From: an uncultured Candidatus Rokubacteria bacterium | GTDB taxonomy: Bacteria; Methylomirabilota; Methylomirabilia; Rokubacteriales; CSP1-6 | Length of the DNA stretch: 64,000 nucleotides | Direction: 5' to 3' | Assembly (NCBI GenBank): GCA_963758635.1 | Contig: CAVWWD010000011.1 | Coordinates: 134,510-198,509 of the forward strand | Shown: positions 19,688 to 30,559 of the stretch, piece by piece | Position numbering within the stretch: position 1 is the first letter of the stretch | Layout of the letters: every line of letters begins with the position of its first letter | Notes under the pieces: generated by a model | What the model was told of the DNA's origin: nothing | Database searches by the model: none | What the model saw: only the letters and a program-made list of their open reading frames with translations | Program-made: the position numbers and the translations under genes

Positions 19688-22600
19688 TCACGGGGATCTT
19701 GGCCGTCCTCGCTGACGGCTGGTCGACACAGCGGTGCGCTCGAGTCCCGCGAGCAGCGCCTTCGCCTCCCTCAGGTCAGCCGTGTCGAACCCCTCGGTGA
19801 ACCACCCGTAGAACGTCCGAGAGCAGCGCGTGGGCGTCCTTCTCCCTCCCCTGCCGCGCCAACAGCCGGCTCAGGCTCGTCGCCGCACGCACCTCGAACG
19901 ACTTCGCTCGTTGCCGCCGGGCTATCTCGAGGGCCTCGCGAAAGGCTGCCTCGGCCGTCTCCTCCGCGGCCGTACGGGCCGGTGGGGATTGACCGTCGGC
20001 GCCGGCGGACTTGCGTCCCGTCCTGCGGGCCTCCCCCCCTGGCCCCGCCTGAAGCGTGAGCGTGCCCATCACCCGATGGAGCTCTGCCGCCCAGTAGTGA
20101 TTCCCGGACTCGGTCCCCAGAGCCAAGGCCTCACGGACCAGAGCCAGTCCCTCTGCCGGCTGCCCGAACCTGCCATGCACCTCGGCCAGCCAGGCCAGGT
20201 ACACCGGGAGCAGGGCGAGCGCCCGGATGTCCCGGCACGCCGCCACCCACGCCCGCATCAGCGCGAGGCCTTGCTCGTCTCGACCCTGTTCCGTCAGCCA
20301 CCAGCCACGGTGGAACCGTGCCGCTCGGAGCAGGGCGTCGAAGCCATGCTCGGTCGACATGGCGATGCAGGCCTCCGCCTGCTCGCGGACCGCGTCGCGC
20401 TCTCCCAGACAGAGATAGAAGCCGGCGGCGAAGCGCTGGATGTGGGCCAGGGTGAACGGCTGAGCGATCGAACGGGCCAGCGCCAGGGTCTCGTGCATCC
20501 GCGCGGAAGCCTGCGCAGGATAGCCGAGCACCCACAGCGTCCAGGCCGCGTAAAAGGTACTCGACGCGCCCGAATCGACGATGAGGGCAAACGAGGGTGA
20601 GCGGGCCGGGCTGTACAGCGTGATCCCTTGCTCCAGATGCGTGCGCGCGGCCTCGAATTCGCCCGCGTAGAACGACACGAGCCCCAACCGATGGTGGGCC
20701 GCAAGGAGAACGGCCGGATCCTGGGTCGTCTCTGCCATGGTCAGGAGGCGGTTCCCCACCTCGCGTGCCGCCCGTAAGGATCCCCGAGTGAGATAGAACC
20801 AGCCGAGTCCGAGCAAGACCGGCAGGAGCTCCGGGACATCGCCCGCCTGCTCGCTGAGCTCAAGGGCGCGCTCGTAGGTCTCCTCGACCTCCGGCGTGGT
20901 GGGTCCGCTCATCGCCGTGAGCGCCGAGCCGAGCATCATGTGGAGCACGGTCAGCTTCAGGGGCGTTCGTTCAGGCGAGTCGGGGAGCGCCTTCAGCAGC
21001 TCCAGGGCTCGGGTCGCGTGCTCGGCGGCTTCGCGGTAGCCGTGCTGGCGCAACGCATGCTCCCCTGCCTGTCGCCGATACCGCACCGCCCGCTCAACGT
21101 CGCGACCGTGCTCGAAGTGCATCGCGAGCTCCCCGGCAATCTCGGCGGCGCGCTCGCCGTGGCCGCGCTCGAGCAGCTCGCCGGTCCGCAGGTCGAGGCC
21201 AACTCGGCGGGCGAGAGGGATCCGCGCATATAGCACGTTCCGGTACAGCGCGTGGATGAAGGCATACCGTCCGGCAACGGTCCCATCGGGCCATTCCGCC
21301 AGCCCCGTGGCGCGCAGGAACTGGCCTCGGCGCGCGAGCCCCTCGCAGAGCCGCTCGCCCTCCTGCGGGTCGAGCCCCCCGGCGGCCGCCACGGCCGTCG
21401 AGAACTCCGCGCCCGCCACGCTCGCCACGGCCAGCATCGCCTGCTCGTCCACCGTCAGCCGGTCGACGTGCTTCTCGACGATCTGCGCGAGCGTCTCCGG
21501 CGTGTCCCGGGCGATCTCCGGCACCGGCACGGACAGCCCCCAGCGCCCCTCGACCTCGCGCATCTGCCCCCGGGCGATCAAGTAGTCGATCGTGCTCACG
21601 ACGAAAAGCGGGTTGCCGTCCGTACTCCGGTGAAGGACGGTGACCAGCTCCAAAGGGAAGTCGTGGTGGGGGAAGCGCTGGAAGAGATACTCCCCGATCG
21701 CCGCGAGATCCAGGAACTCGAGGGGAAGCTCCTCGCAGTGGCCGTGCAGCTGGAGCTCTTGCTTCACCGGCCGGAGCGGATGCGCACTGGCGGCCACGTC
21801 GGCCGGCCGGTAGGTCCCGAGCACGAGCACGCGGGCCGGCTCCCGCCGGCGAGCCAGCCTCGCCAGGAGGTCGATGGTGGACGCGTCGCTCCAGTGCAGG
21901 TCTTCCAGAACGAGCACGAGCGGCGCCTCGTGGCTGAGGGCGTCGACCGCGTCAGCCAGCTCCCTCAGCATCCGATCGCGCGTCGCGCCCTGCGCCCGGC
22001 GCTGTACCGCCTCCAGGTCGCGATCGCTCAGCAGTGACGGCAGCGCAAGGAGCCACGTCGGCGCGTGCTGGCGCAGGATCTCGATGAGCTGTTCGCCTCC
22101 GGTCTCGCGGCCCAATCGTCCGAGCGCCTCGAGCACGGGCAGGTAGGCCTCACCCGCGCCGTACTGCTCCACGCATTGCCCCCGCCCGATGCGCAGCGCC
22201 GTGCCATCGCCGAGCTCCGCCAGGAACGCGTCGACCAGAGTCGTCTTCCCGATCCCCGGCTCGCCGGTCACGAACACGAGCTGTCGCTGCCCGTCTCGCG
22301 CTCGCCCCCATCGGTCGCGCAGCAGCCCCAGCTCCGCGTCGCGGGCCACCAAACACGAGCTCGCTCGCAAGGCGGTGGCGGGACGCCGGCCGGCGCCGGC
22401 GCGGATCGGCGCCGGCCGGGCGATCGGGCCGATGAACCGGAACCCTCGGCGGTGCACCGTTTCGATGTAGCGCGGCGCGCGCGAGGAGTCGCCGAGCGCC
22501 CGGCGCAGATCGCGGATGCAGCTGGTCAGGGCGGCATCGCTCACCACCACGTCACCCCAGACGCTCGCCAGCAGGGCGTCCTTCGTGACCAGCCGCGCCG

Positions 22601-22826
22601 AATGCTCGACGAGGTGCCGCAGGACCGAGAATACCCGCGGCTCCAGCTCCAAGCGGCGCTCCCCGCACCACGCCCACTCGTTCTCGGCCTCGATCCAGAT
22701 GGGAGCGAGGTCTCTGGTGCCGTTGGGCCTCGCGCGCCGATCCCGGCTCGCCCGCGATATCCCCTGAGTAAGCCCTGGGTTTCCCTCGGACTTCGGCCCG
22801 CGGTCGCCGGTAGCGTGGTGACTCAT
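19688..22826 (-). CDS. OmpR/PhoB-type winged-helix + AAA ATPase + TPR transcriptional regulator, frame interrupted near the C-terminus
   Basis: ORF 19776..22847. wHTH (..LVTKDALLASVWGDVVVSDAALTSCIRDLRRALGD..YIETVHRRGFRF), Walker A GEPGIGKTTL and a long TPR-like tail. Removing one nt near 19813 gives the family-typical end ..VYGWFTEGFDTADLREAKALL.., with the stop at 19688-19690. Confidence 0.8.
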
Positions 22827-22880
22827 TAGTGGCGACCGCGCACGCAACGGTCAGGAGCGGAAGCGCAGGAGGGAGAGCTG

Positions 22881-23240
22881 ATGCCGCCGCCGGGGGGATC
22901 GGGCCTGTCAGTGCACCGCGCGTTCGTCGTCCACCTCAACGCGGCGGGAGGCCCCACTCGCCGCCGCTTCAGCGGTCGGGTGGAGCACCTCTCGTCGGGT
23001 CGGACGGCGCAGTTCTCCTCGCTCACGGGATTGCTGGCATTCTTCGGCGAGTTCCTCGCGGACCCTCGGCCGCGGAGCGTCCCCCAAACCCCGACGGGGC
23101 CTGCAGAGTACCACCCCGCACGAGGCCGCTCAACCAAGCTGCGGAGGCCGAGCCGCTGGTCGTCATCGACCCCGGTGGGCGTGATCGCGGCGTCGAGCGG
23201 CGACATCACCCGAAGCCCGGGCTCGTTCCCGGCGAGATAG
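22881..23240 (+). CDS. small hypothetical protein
   Basis: ATG 22881 preceded by AGGAGGGAG, divergent from the regulator. Only the N-terminal ~55 aa (SVHRAFVVHLNAAGGPTRRRFSGRVEHLSSGRTAQFSSLTGLLAFFGEFL) look protein-like, so the 3' end is uncertain. Confidence 0.4.
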   Translation: MPPPGGSGLSVHRAFVVHLNAAGGPTRRRFSGRVEHLSSGRTAQFSSLTGLLAFFGEFLADPRPRSVPQTPTGPAEYHPARGRSTKLRRPSRWSSSTPVGVIAASSGDITRSPGSFPAR

Positions 23241-23324
23241 GAGAAACGCATGACGACCCCGAATCGATGCCCATCGCGTCTGATCGCTCCGATCACCCTC
23301 GCGCGCGCGAGAGGAGGCCGAGAG

Positions 23325-24608
23325 GTGTACACGAGGATTCGGAAGCTTTGGCGTCTGGTCACGGCGATGACCCTCGCGATCGGGCTGGCCGCGCCGATCG
23401 CGCCGAAGGCCGAAGCAACCCAGGATCTGTTTTACTTCTTGCCCATGGCGAAGGCCAGCGCCAACGGAGAGGTGGGTGTGTTCGACTTCGACGCGCTGAT
23501 CTCCGGTCAGCTCGGCGACGATCTCCCCCGGAAGGCCCAAGCGTCCGAGACGAGCCTGGGCACCGGCTATGCGACAGCCGAAGCCAGCGACAATCAGTTC
23601 GTGGCAACAGCCGCCTGCAGCGGGTTCGGCGGCGCCGACGCACGGGCGTTCATGGAGTTCGTAGTCCACGACCCGCAGGCCCGCGGGCTGGTCAAGGTGA
23701 ATTTGGGTTCCAAGATGGCAGGCACACCAGACAAAAGCCTCAAGGGAGCCGTGAGCGTGGGAGGGCCGCCGGTCGACTTCGGTGCCTCGGATGCGCTGGT
23801 GGGCGTTCGCGTGGCTCCCGGCGGCTCGCCGTTCATGATTACCCTTGCCGACGATGGGAGCATCTTCTCCTTGGAGGAGCCGATGCCGTTGTCAGGGGAC
23901 TACGACCTGTTCGATGCGAGCGCTTCGGCCCAATGCATGGTGGACGGGTGCCGGTGGCGGAAGACCGTCCGTCTAAACCAAACGGTGATCGATGGAGGGG
24001 AAGGCGACGGTCCGCTCGCGACACTGAACCTCTCCCCGACCTTCAGCGTCCTGCCGGGACTGTCCTTCGTGATCGGCATCCAGGCGTCGTGCAGTGGCAA
24101 TGCCACGGCCGTCATCGACCCGGTGCTGGAGCCCCACCCCGACAACCCGGACATCCTCATCGAGTTCCCCCACGCCGTCCCCGACCCGAACCCGCTGCCA
24201 CCGATGGCCGGCATCACGCCCGACGCACTGCTGGCCCTGGGGATCGACCCTCAGCCGTTCATCGATCTCGGCTTCATCGAGGAATCGTCGCCCCCGCCCC
24301 CTCCGACGGGTGACACAACGCCGCCCACCACGCTGGCGTCGGCGACGCCCAGGCTCAAGCGGTGGAACAAGACGCCCGTGACGGTCCTATTGAACGCCAC
24401 CGACGACGCGGCCGGCTCGGGCGTCAGGGAAGTGCACTACGCGCTCCAGGGGGCCGAGACGGGCTCCGAGGTGATCCCCGGCGGCAGCGCCCCCGTCACG
24501 ATCTCCGCCGAGGGGACCACGACACTGAGCTACTTCGCGGTCGACAACGAGGGCAACCAGGAGACCGCGAAGACGCTCACGGTCCGCATCCGACCCCAGC
24601 GGCGGTGA
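23325..24608 (+). CDS. secreted protein with C-terminal Ig-like (OmpL47/chitobiase-type) domain
   Basis: GTG 23325 after GAGGAGG. Signal peptide LVTAMTLAIGLAAPIAPKAEA. C-terminus follows the D-T-T-P-P-T ..W..PVTV..ATDD..SGV..Y....AVDNEGNQE pattern. GC is lower than background. Confidence 0.65.
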   Translation: MYTRIRKLWRLVTAMTLAIGLAAPIAPKAEATQDLFYFLPMAKASANGEVGVFDFDALISGQLGDDLPRKAQASETSLGTGYATAEASDNQFVATAACSGFGGADARAFMEFVVHDPQARGLVKVNLGSKMAGTPDKSLKGAVSVGGPPVDFGASDALVGVRVAPGGSPFMITLADDGSIFSLEEPMPLSGDYDLFDASASAQCMVDGCRWRKTVRLNQTVIDGGEGDGPLATLNLSPTFSVLPGLSFVIGIQASCSGNATAVIDPVLEPHPDNPDILIEFPHAVPDPNPLPPMAGITPDALLALGIDPQPFIDLGFIEESSPPPPPTGDTTPPTTLASATPRLKRWNKTPVTVLLNATDDAAGSGVREVHYALQGAETGSEVIPGGSAPVTISAEGTTTLSYFAVDNEGNQETAKTLTVRIRPQRR

Positions 24609-24671
24609 CGAGTGCCCCAACAGGAGCTCGGGCGACTCCTCACGTTGGACCGCCTCTTATCCGACAGGCCT

Positions 24672-24696
24672 GGAGGGGGGGATTCTGCCCCCCTCC
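24672..24696 (+). terminator. GC-rich hairpin downstream of the secreted-protein gene
   Basis: GGAGGGGGG (24672-24680) pairs with CCCCCCTCC (24688-24696). No following T-run, so terminator function is uncertain. Confidence 0.3.
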
Positions 24697-24727
24697 AACC
24701 ACAAACGGCAGACGGTCCTCCGGCTCC

Positions 24728-24934
24728 GTCGACACCGGCCTCCTCAGCTGGGAGGCGGGCTTCCTGGCCGGCCGGTGCTTCCTCCAGTACCGGCGAAGAG
24801 GCGGCGCCCGGCGGTCACCGCTTCCGGATTTCTTCATCGGGGCCCACGCCGCAGTCCGCCAGATGGTCCTGGTGACGAGGGATCCCCTGCGGTACCGGAC
24901 CTATTTTCCGAGAGTGCAGCTCGTCACTCCCTGA
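24728..24934 (+). pseudogene. vapC: PIN-domain (VapC) toxin, C-terminal remnant
   Basis: ..AGRCFLQYRRRGGARRSPLPDFFIGAHAAVRQMVLVTRDPLRYRTYFPRVQLVTP* matches VapC C-termini. The N-terminal half and the antitoxin gene are absent. Confidence 0.6.
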
Positions 24935-25112
24935 ACCGACGCCTTGGGCCGCGTGACGAAAGGTGCCGAGACGAGCGGTGTGGCGCGGGAGACGGTTGAC
25001 GCGCTCCGCCCGGAAGGCGATCCTGCGCGTGGCCGGGCCGGAGGGGACCGGGCGGCTCGACCAGGCGGGGCGAGCGGGCCATGAATTCACCGGACGACAC
25101 GGTGAGGCGTAT

Positions 25113-26174
25113 ATGACTGCAAGGCTGCCGGAACGCGGTCGATCCTGGGACGATCTCTCCCGGGCGATGGCAGATCTGGATCGCTCGCGTGGTCGCGTGA
25201 TCTCCATCCTCCACCGGGCTGCATGGGCATCTCTCTGCGTCGCCCTGCTGATCGGAGCGATCTTTCAGGAGGTCCCGGCGCAGTCCGGGAAGCTGATCGA
25301 CGCCTCCGTCGTGACGCTGAGAGACGAGGAAGTCCGCAGGCTGGAAGTGGGGCAGCCCGACATCCGCGCGATCCTGGGCGGTGTCGAGATCAAGTCCATC
25401 GCATATCTCAGCGACGATCTGAGGGTCAAGGGCTACCTGGTCGCCCCCCGGAGGGGCGAGAGGCTGCCGTGCGTGATCTACAACCGCGGGGGTAACCGCG
25501 AGTTCGGTGCCCTCACCGACCTCAGCGCGGCCGGCCTGCTGGCCCGGATCGCGTCGTGGGGATACGTGGTCGTCGCCAGTCAGTACCGTGGCACCGCCGG
25601 CGGCCAGGGCAAGGACGAGTTCGGTGGGAGCAACGTCGGTGACGTGCTCAACCTCCTCCCGCTCCTGGGCGCATTGCCCCAGGCCGACCCCACCCGGGTC
25701 GGCATGTACGGCTGGAGCCGCGGCGGGATGATGACGTACCTCGCGCTGGCCAGGACAGATCGGATCGCGGCGGCCGTCGTGGCTTCGGGGGTGGCCGACC
25801 TCGAGGACAACGCCAGGCGGCGCCCAGAGATGGAGACGGGCGTGTTCGCCCAGCTCATCCCGGAGTACGCCAGCGACAGAGAAGCCGCCCTGGCCGCGCG
25901 TTCGGCGGTGAGGTGGCCGGACAAGCTCCACAAGCGCACGCCCATGCTGCTGCTGCACGGCGGCGCGGACTGGCGAGTGCACCCGGGTCAGGCCCTCGCC
26001 ATGGCCTCGAAGCTCTACGAGAGCCGACATCCGTTCCGGTTCGTGTTCTTCGAGGGCGGGGATCACGCGCTGGGCGAGCACCGCGGGGAGGTCGATCGTC
26101 TGGTCAAGGAGTGGCTCGACGCGTACGTACGCGACCGGAAGCAATGGCCGAGCCTCGAGCCGCACGGCCGCTGA
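25113..26174 (+). CDS. S9-family (prolyl-oligopeptidase/dienelactone-hydrolase-like) alpha/beta hydrolase
   Basis: Nucleophile elbow GWSRGG, later GGADWRV and GGDHAL. N-terminal hydrophobic anchor AAWASLCVALLIGAIF. The start (ATG 25113) is approximate. Confidence 0.8.
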   Translation: MTARLPERGRSWDDLSRAMADLDRSRGRVISILHRAAWASLCVALLIGAIFQEVPAQSGKLIDASVVTLRDEEVRRLEVGQPDIRAILGGVEIKSIAYLSDDLRVKGYLVAPRRGERLPCVIYNRGGNREFGALTDLSAAGLLARIASWGYVVVASQYRGTAGGQGKDEFGGSNVGDVLNLLPLLGALPQADPTRVGMYGWSRGGMMTYLALARTDRIAAAVVASGVADLEDNARRRPEMETGVFAQLIPEYASDREAALAARSAVRWPDKLHKRTPMLLLHGGADWRVHPGQALAMASKLYESRHPFRFVFFEGGDHALGEHRGEVDRLVKEWLDAYVRDRKQWPSLEPHGR

Positions 26175-26294
26175 TCGAGCTTTCCCGCACCCTAGAGGAG
26201 AGGCGGTAGCCGGTACCACGAAGCCGCCTGCCCGACCGACGGTAACGGTCGCGCTTCGCTCACCACCTCCCCGGCGACATCGCCGCCGTCAGTT

Positions 26295-26750
26295 TTACCG
26301 TGAGAGGGCGAACACCAGCTCGTGGGCCTCTCGTTCGACCTTGCGATTGATCTGGGTGGTGACGTCGAACGTCCCGTGGATCAGGCCCCAGCTCGCCATC
26401 CAGTCCCACGCCCAGCGCGCCTCGTCCTCCGGAATCGGCGTCGGCTCCCTGAGCTGGATGCGGCCGAGGTTGAAATCGTCGCTGCCAGTGCCTGGACAAC
26501 GGCGATGGCCCGCGGACGACCCTTCCTGAATGCGGACTGTGGCGTCGCTCTGTCGGCGATCCAGGACCAGTCCGGCTGGTACTACGATCTGCGCGACGCG
26601 CGCAGGAAGCCGAGCGCAAGCGCCGTGGAGGCCCAGGGGCGAATCGCCGACTTCCGAGACGATCGTTGCCCGGGGCATCGGACGCCGAGCTCCGTGAAGT
26701 GGAAGGCACATCGAGGCCGCGCAGGAGCTGTCGAAGAGCCCCAACGCCAA
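26295..26750 (-). CDS. hypothetical protein (weak call)
   Basis: 151-aa ORF. Only the C-terminal ~60 aa (SDDFNLGRIQLREPTPIPEDEARWAWDWMASWGLIHGTFDVTTQINRKVEREAHELVFAL) look protein-like. Lower-GC stretch. Confidence 0.3.
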   Translation of the reverse strand: MALGLFDSSCAASMCLPLHGARRPMPRATIVSEVGDSPLGLHGACARLPARVAQIVVPAGLVLDRRQSDATVRIQEGSSAGHRRCPGTGSDDFNLGRIQLREPTPIPEDEARWAWDWMASWGLIHGTFDVTTQINRKVEREAHELVFALSR

Positions 26751-26885
26751 GACATCGTCCTCGGCGACAAGACTGGCCTGCCCATCATCCTCAGCGACAA
26801 GTAGCCGGTTGCTGAGCAGGCACCTGGAGCAGTCATCGGCGCCCCGGGACGGATGGGAGCTGCGGACGGCATCGTCCGAGCGCGG

Positions 26886-28478
26886 TCAGCACTTGATGAT
26901 CCTGAACTCGACGCGCCGGTCGAGGGCATCGCGCGCGTCATCGGTGCCCGTCCCGACGAGGTTCTCGCGGAAGCCCATGCCGGATGTCCGGACGCGCGGC
27001 GTCAATGCGCGCGCTTCCGCGTCGAGGCGCTCCCTGATGTAGACGGCCCGCTGGTGGGACAGGCGATCGTTGAACTGCTCGGAGCCGGTCCGGCTCGCGT
27101 GCCCCACGACGTGCACGCATACGTTCGCCGTCATCGCCTGCCGCGCGATCTGCCGGAGCCACATCCCGTACGGACCGCTGACCTTGGGATCCGACCAGAA
27201 CTCCGTCGTTCCCGGAAGGAACAGGAACTTCACGCCGAGATTGTTGTTGCGCAAACCATGCGCGACGACGCTCCCGAAGGCCGTCTCCGCCTCGCTCGCG
27301 CGGCCGAGCTTCGAGGTTGCGAGATAGATCCCGTTCACGACCCGGAGCTGGTCGCCCGAGGGCGTCGCGGCCGCCGTCTGGTAGAGCGTCAGCGCCTCCT
27401 GGTAGCGCTCGCCGTTGTACGCGCCCAGGGCCTCGCTGATGACGGCCGCGGTCGCCACCCGCTCGAAGTAGATCGGATCCGCGGCGCGCCCGGGCGCGGT
27501 CTCGGCGGTGTTGATGTGGCCGTCGACGACCCCGTCCTTCACCAGGACCGGACTGTCGCGATAGTACGGCGTGGGCGTCGTATCCAGCGCGTCGTCCCTG
27601 GCGCGTGACGATGCGCGGGCGACGACGGTTCCCGTCCTCATGTCGGTGAGCGCCAGGTTGATCTGGAACACGTCACGGGCCGCCGGCTGCGCGTCAGCCA
27701 CGCGCCGCGTCGTCCCGGTCAGCAAGTACTTCGCGTCCCTCAGCCGGGGGACCTGGAAGGGCAGCAGCTCCACTCGGGCATGGGCGCGGAGCCGGTCGGC
27801 CACCTGCTGCTCCAGCAAGCGTGTGGCCGCCGTCTGCTGCCCGGAGACGGCGTCCAGCATGGAGTCGATGACGACCCCGAGCTTGTCGGGGCTGGCCAGG
27901 ACTCCCGGCAGCTTCTGCAGCTGGCTGATCAACCCGTCCACGGCTGCCGTGATGGCCTCGGCAAGCCGCAGCTCCTCTGTCGAGTCCGCCGGCAGCACCG
28001 TGATCGAGATCGCCACACCCTCCGCGCGCAGGCCACGCGGCGCTTCCGTGAACCTCCCGGGGGATTCTCCCAACGGTCCATCGCGGGCCACCACGGTGGT
28101 CTTCACGTTAATGATGGCGTCAAGCTCGTCGCCGTACCTCGTGTAAGCCGCGTTTCGCAGATGCTGCCTCGCTCCGTCCGCGGCCCCGGGAAGGTCGGAG
28201 GTCCGCAGGCCTCCCAGGGTGGCCTCCACGGGGCCAAGGACCCTGTGCGGAGCATCGAGGCCGCCCTCGAGGAGGGCGATCGTCTTGACGGGCGTCTTGA
28301 GGCTCGCGGGGTCGGGAATCGTCGGCACGTCGGGAATCGTCGGCACGGAGGCACAGGCCCCGAGCAGCACCACGAAGCCGGCGAGGGCGAGCCCTCGCCC
28401 ACGCGGCCATGGGCGTGGCCACCGTCCGCGGTCTTGATCCTGCGGCATGGGGCGGCTCTCGCGATTCATCGCGCTCAT
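26886..28478 (-). CDS. OmpA-family lipoprotein
   Basis: ATG 28478. Lipobox LAGFVVLLGAC. VPTIPD-VPTIPD repeat. C-terminal OmpA-like domain (VVGHASRTGSEQFNDRLSHQRA..NLVGTGTDDARDALDRRVEF). Confidence 0.75.
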   Translation of the reverse strand: MSAMNRESRPMPQDQDRGRWPRPWPRGRGLALAGFVVLLGACASVPTIPDVPTIPDPASLKTPVKTIALLEGGLDAPHRVLGPVEATLGGLRTSDLPGAADGARQHLRNAAYTRYGDELDAIINVKTTVVARDGPLGESPGRFTEAPRGLRAEGVAISITVLPADSTEELRLAEAITAAVDGLISQLQKLPGVLASPDKLGVVIDSMLDAVSGQQTAATRLLEQQVADRLRAHARVELLPFQVPRLRDAKYLLTGTTRRVADAQPAARDVFQINLALTDMRTGTVVARASSRARDDALDTTPTPYYRDSPVLVKDGVVDGHINTAETAPGRAADPIYFERVATAAVISEALGAYNGERYQEALTLYQTAAATPSGDQLRVVNGIYLATSKLGRASEAETAFGSVVAHGLRNNNLGVKFLFLPGTTEFWSDPKVSGPYGMWLRQIARQAMTANVCVHVVGHASRTGSEQFNDRLSHQRAVYIRERLDAEARALTPRVRTSGMGFRENLVGTGTDDARDALDRRVEFRIIKC

Positions 28479-29909
28479 CGGCAGTCCCTCGTCAGCATGC
28501 TCTGCTCCTCGTCCGTCAGGGGGTCTCCGAGTGATGCGCGCTCCAGGATGTCGCTGCAGCGAAATGAACGTCCGGTCCCGGCCTGGCGGCGCCCCCGGCG
28601 GGGCGAGGGCGGGCGACTGACGCCCCGCGTGCACCCTCTCCGGCTTCTTGCGGACCGGACTCGTAGCGACCGCGTCGCGCTCGGTGAGAGGACGGAGCAC
28701 CACGGGCGGCGCCGGTGGCCCTCCGGAAGGTACCGCAGCCTGCTCGACCCCAGAGGGTGCGCTCGGCCGGGTAGCCTCGGGCTGCTCGCTCGTCGCCGCC
28801 GGTCGGCCGCCTTGATGCTGCGTTGCAGGGGCCTTGACGCTGGGAACCGTCGAAGGCGTCGGAGACAGCCACAGCACACTGCCGAGCCCGACCACAGTGA
28901 CCGCGGCGACGACCATCATGGCGAGCGCCCCGAGACCGAGACGCCGTGGCGTATCGGCGGGCGCAGGGCCGGCCGGGGCCAGATCTTCCTTCCCGGCACG
29001 CGGTCGGACGTCGTCGGACCGCGCCTCAGGGTGCCCGAGAAGTCGATCATCCAGGTCATCGGTGTGCGTGTCGAGCCCCCTCACCGCCTCTGCGGAGAGA
29101 CCTCGCCGTACTGTCTCGAGCTCCACGCGCATCGTGCTGAAGTCGGGGAAGCGCTCCGCCGGATCCTTGCGCATCGCCCGGGCGATTGCCGCAGCCAACG
29201 CCGGCGGGATTCCCCGATCCAGCTCATCGAGCGCCGGTGGATCCTCCGTCTGAAGCATCTCGAGCAGCTGGATCGGCTCCGTGGCGAGGAACGGCGGACG
29301 CATGCTCAGGAGCTCGTAGAAGACCGAGCCCGCGGAGAAGATGTCCGAGCGATGATCCATCCGCCCCCGCATCTGCTCGGGTGATGCATAGCGAAGACTT
29401 CCCAGGACTCGCCCGGCGATCGTGAGGACGCTCTCGGCATTCACCAGGTGAGCGATCCCGAAATCGAGGATCTTCGCACGACCGCTGAGCGTGAGGAAGA
29501 TGTTGCTCGGTTTGATGTCGCGGTGGACGATCCCCTTGCCGTGCGCGTGCTCCAGGCCCTCGCACACCTGGATCATGATCGAGACCTTGTCCCGTAGCGC
29601 GAGGCGGGTGCGCTTCGCGATCACCTGCTTGAGGTCCTCGCCTTCGAGGAGCTCCATGACGATGAAGGGCTGGCCATCATCGTCGCCCATCCCGTACACG
29701 GTGACGATGTTGGGATGGTTCAGCAGGACACCGGCCCGGGCTTCGCGGCGCAGCCGGGCCCGCAGCTCGTCGGTGCAAACGGCTTCCGTCGAGATCACCT
29801 TCAGCGCGACGAGCCGGTCGAGACGCGGGTCGTGGGCCTTGTAGATCGTGCCCATGCCCCCGCGTCCGATAGGTCCGACGATCTGGTAGTTGCCGATCCT
29901 CTCAGGCAT
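28475..29909 (-). CDS. Ser/Thr protein kinase with one TM helix; 3' end ambiguous
   Basis: ATG 29909. GPIGRGGMGTIYKA, ALKVI, HRDIKPSNIF, DFG. TM LGLGALAMMVVAAVTVVGLGSVLWL. The kinase frame runs without a stop into the lipoprotein gene. A neighbouring frame ends ..SDILERASLGDPLTDEEQSMLTRDCR* with its TGA overlapping the lipoprotein ATG (ATGA at 28475-28478). Confidence 0.8.
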
Positions 29910-30559
29910 CGGGCGCGCCGCTCTTCCTCGCGGGCTCACGATGGCCTGAGCACGCGAGGTTGTGTCGGTCGAGTCGCACCCTGGCGTCGCCGCCACCGTC
30001 TCCCCCTGTTTCGCCGGCGCCGGGAGCCCCGAGGCAGACGGCAACCGGATGACGCTTCCTCCCCTGCGACCGGTCGATGTGCCCGTCCGATCCTGCCCCA
30101 TGCCGCCGGCTCGCGCGCTCAGCTGAAGACTGGCGCATCCGCGAGGAATTCTAGCCCAGCCGCGCGGTCCGGGCGCTCCGCTCCCCCCCGGAAGAAGGGT
30201 GGAGATGCCCAATCACGTTCAGCCAGTGTGCGATGCGGAAGGCGTGCCGTTTCGCGGATGCGTCCGCGAACCGGTCGCCTACCGCTGGAAATCGGCCAGA
30301 TACGGGAAGCCGATGCGAGAAGACGCCCGGAGTGTCGGTATCAGATGCGCTTGGTTCGGGTGAAACGCCTGAGTTTCCGTCCTCGCGCCGGGCAGGGCTC
30401 CGCGCGGTCGCCTCCGCGACCCCGACCAGCCAAGCCGGGAGCCGGCCTCCAGGCACGCCTCACGTGACCTTCGAGACACCGAGGTCATCGAGGAGTGAAC
30501 CGCCCCGGCTTTCCCGGAGGCTCCACTCCTTGAGAGGATGGGGCCACACGCGGCTTCTT

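Noticed and set aside
22826-23362. 178-aa minus-strand ORF overlapping the regulator upstream region.
   Set aside because: Its composition is poor and it has no RBS. The opposite strand has a strong-RBS small ORF with a more protein-like N-terminus.
26886-30212. A single 1108-aa kinase-OmpA fusion protein, as suggested by the ORF track.
   Set aside because: The first 101 codons precede a good ATG for the kinase. An internal lipoprotein signal (LLGAC) with its own ATG argues for two genes, as does an ATGA stop/start overlap in the neighbouring frame.
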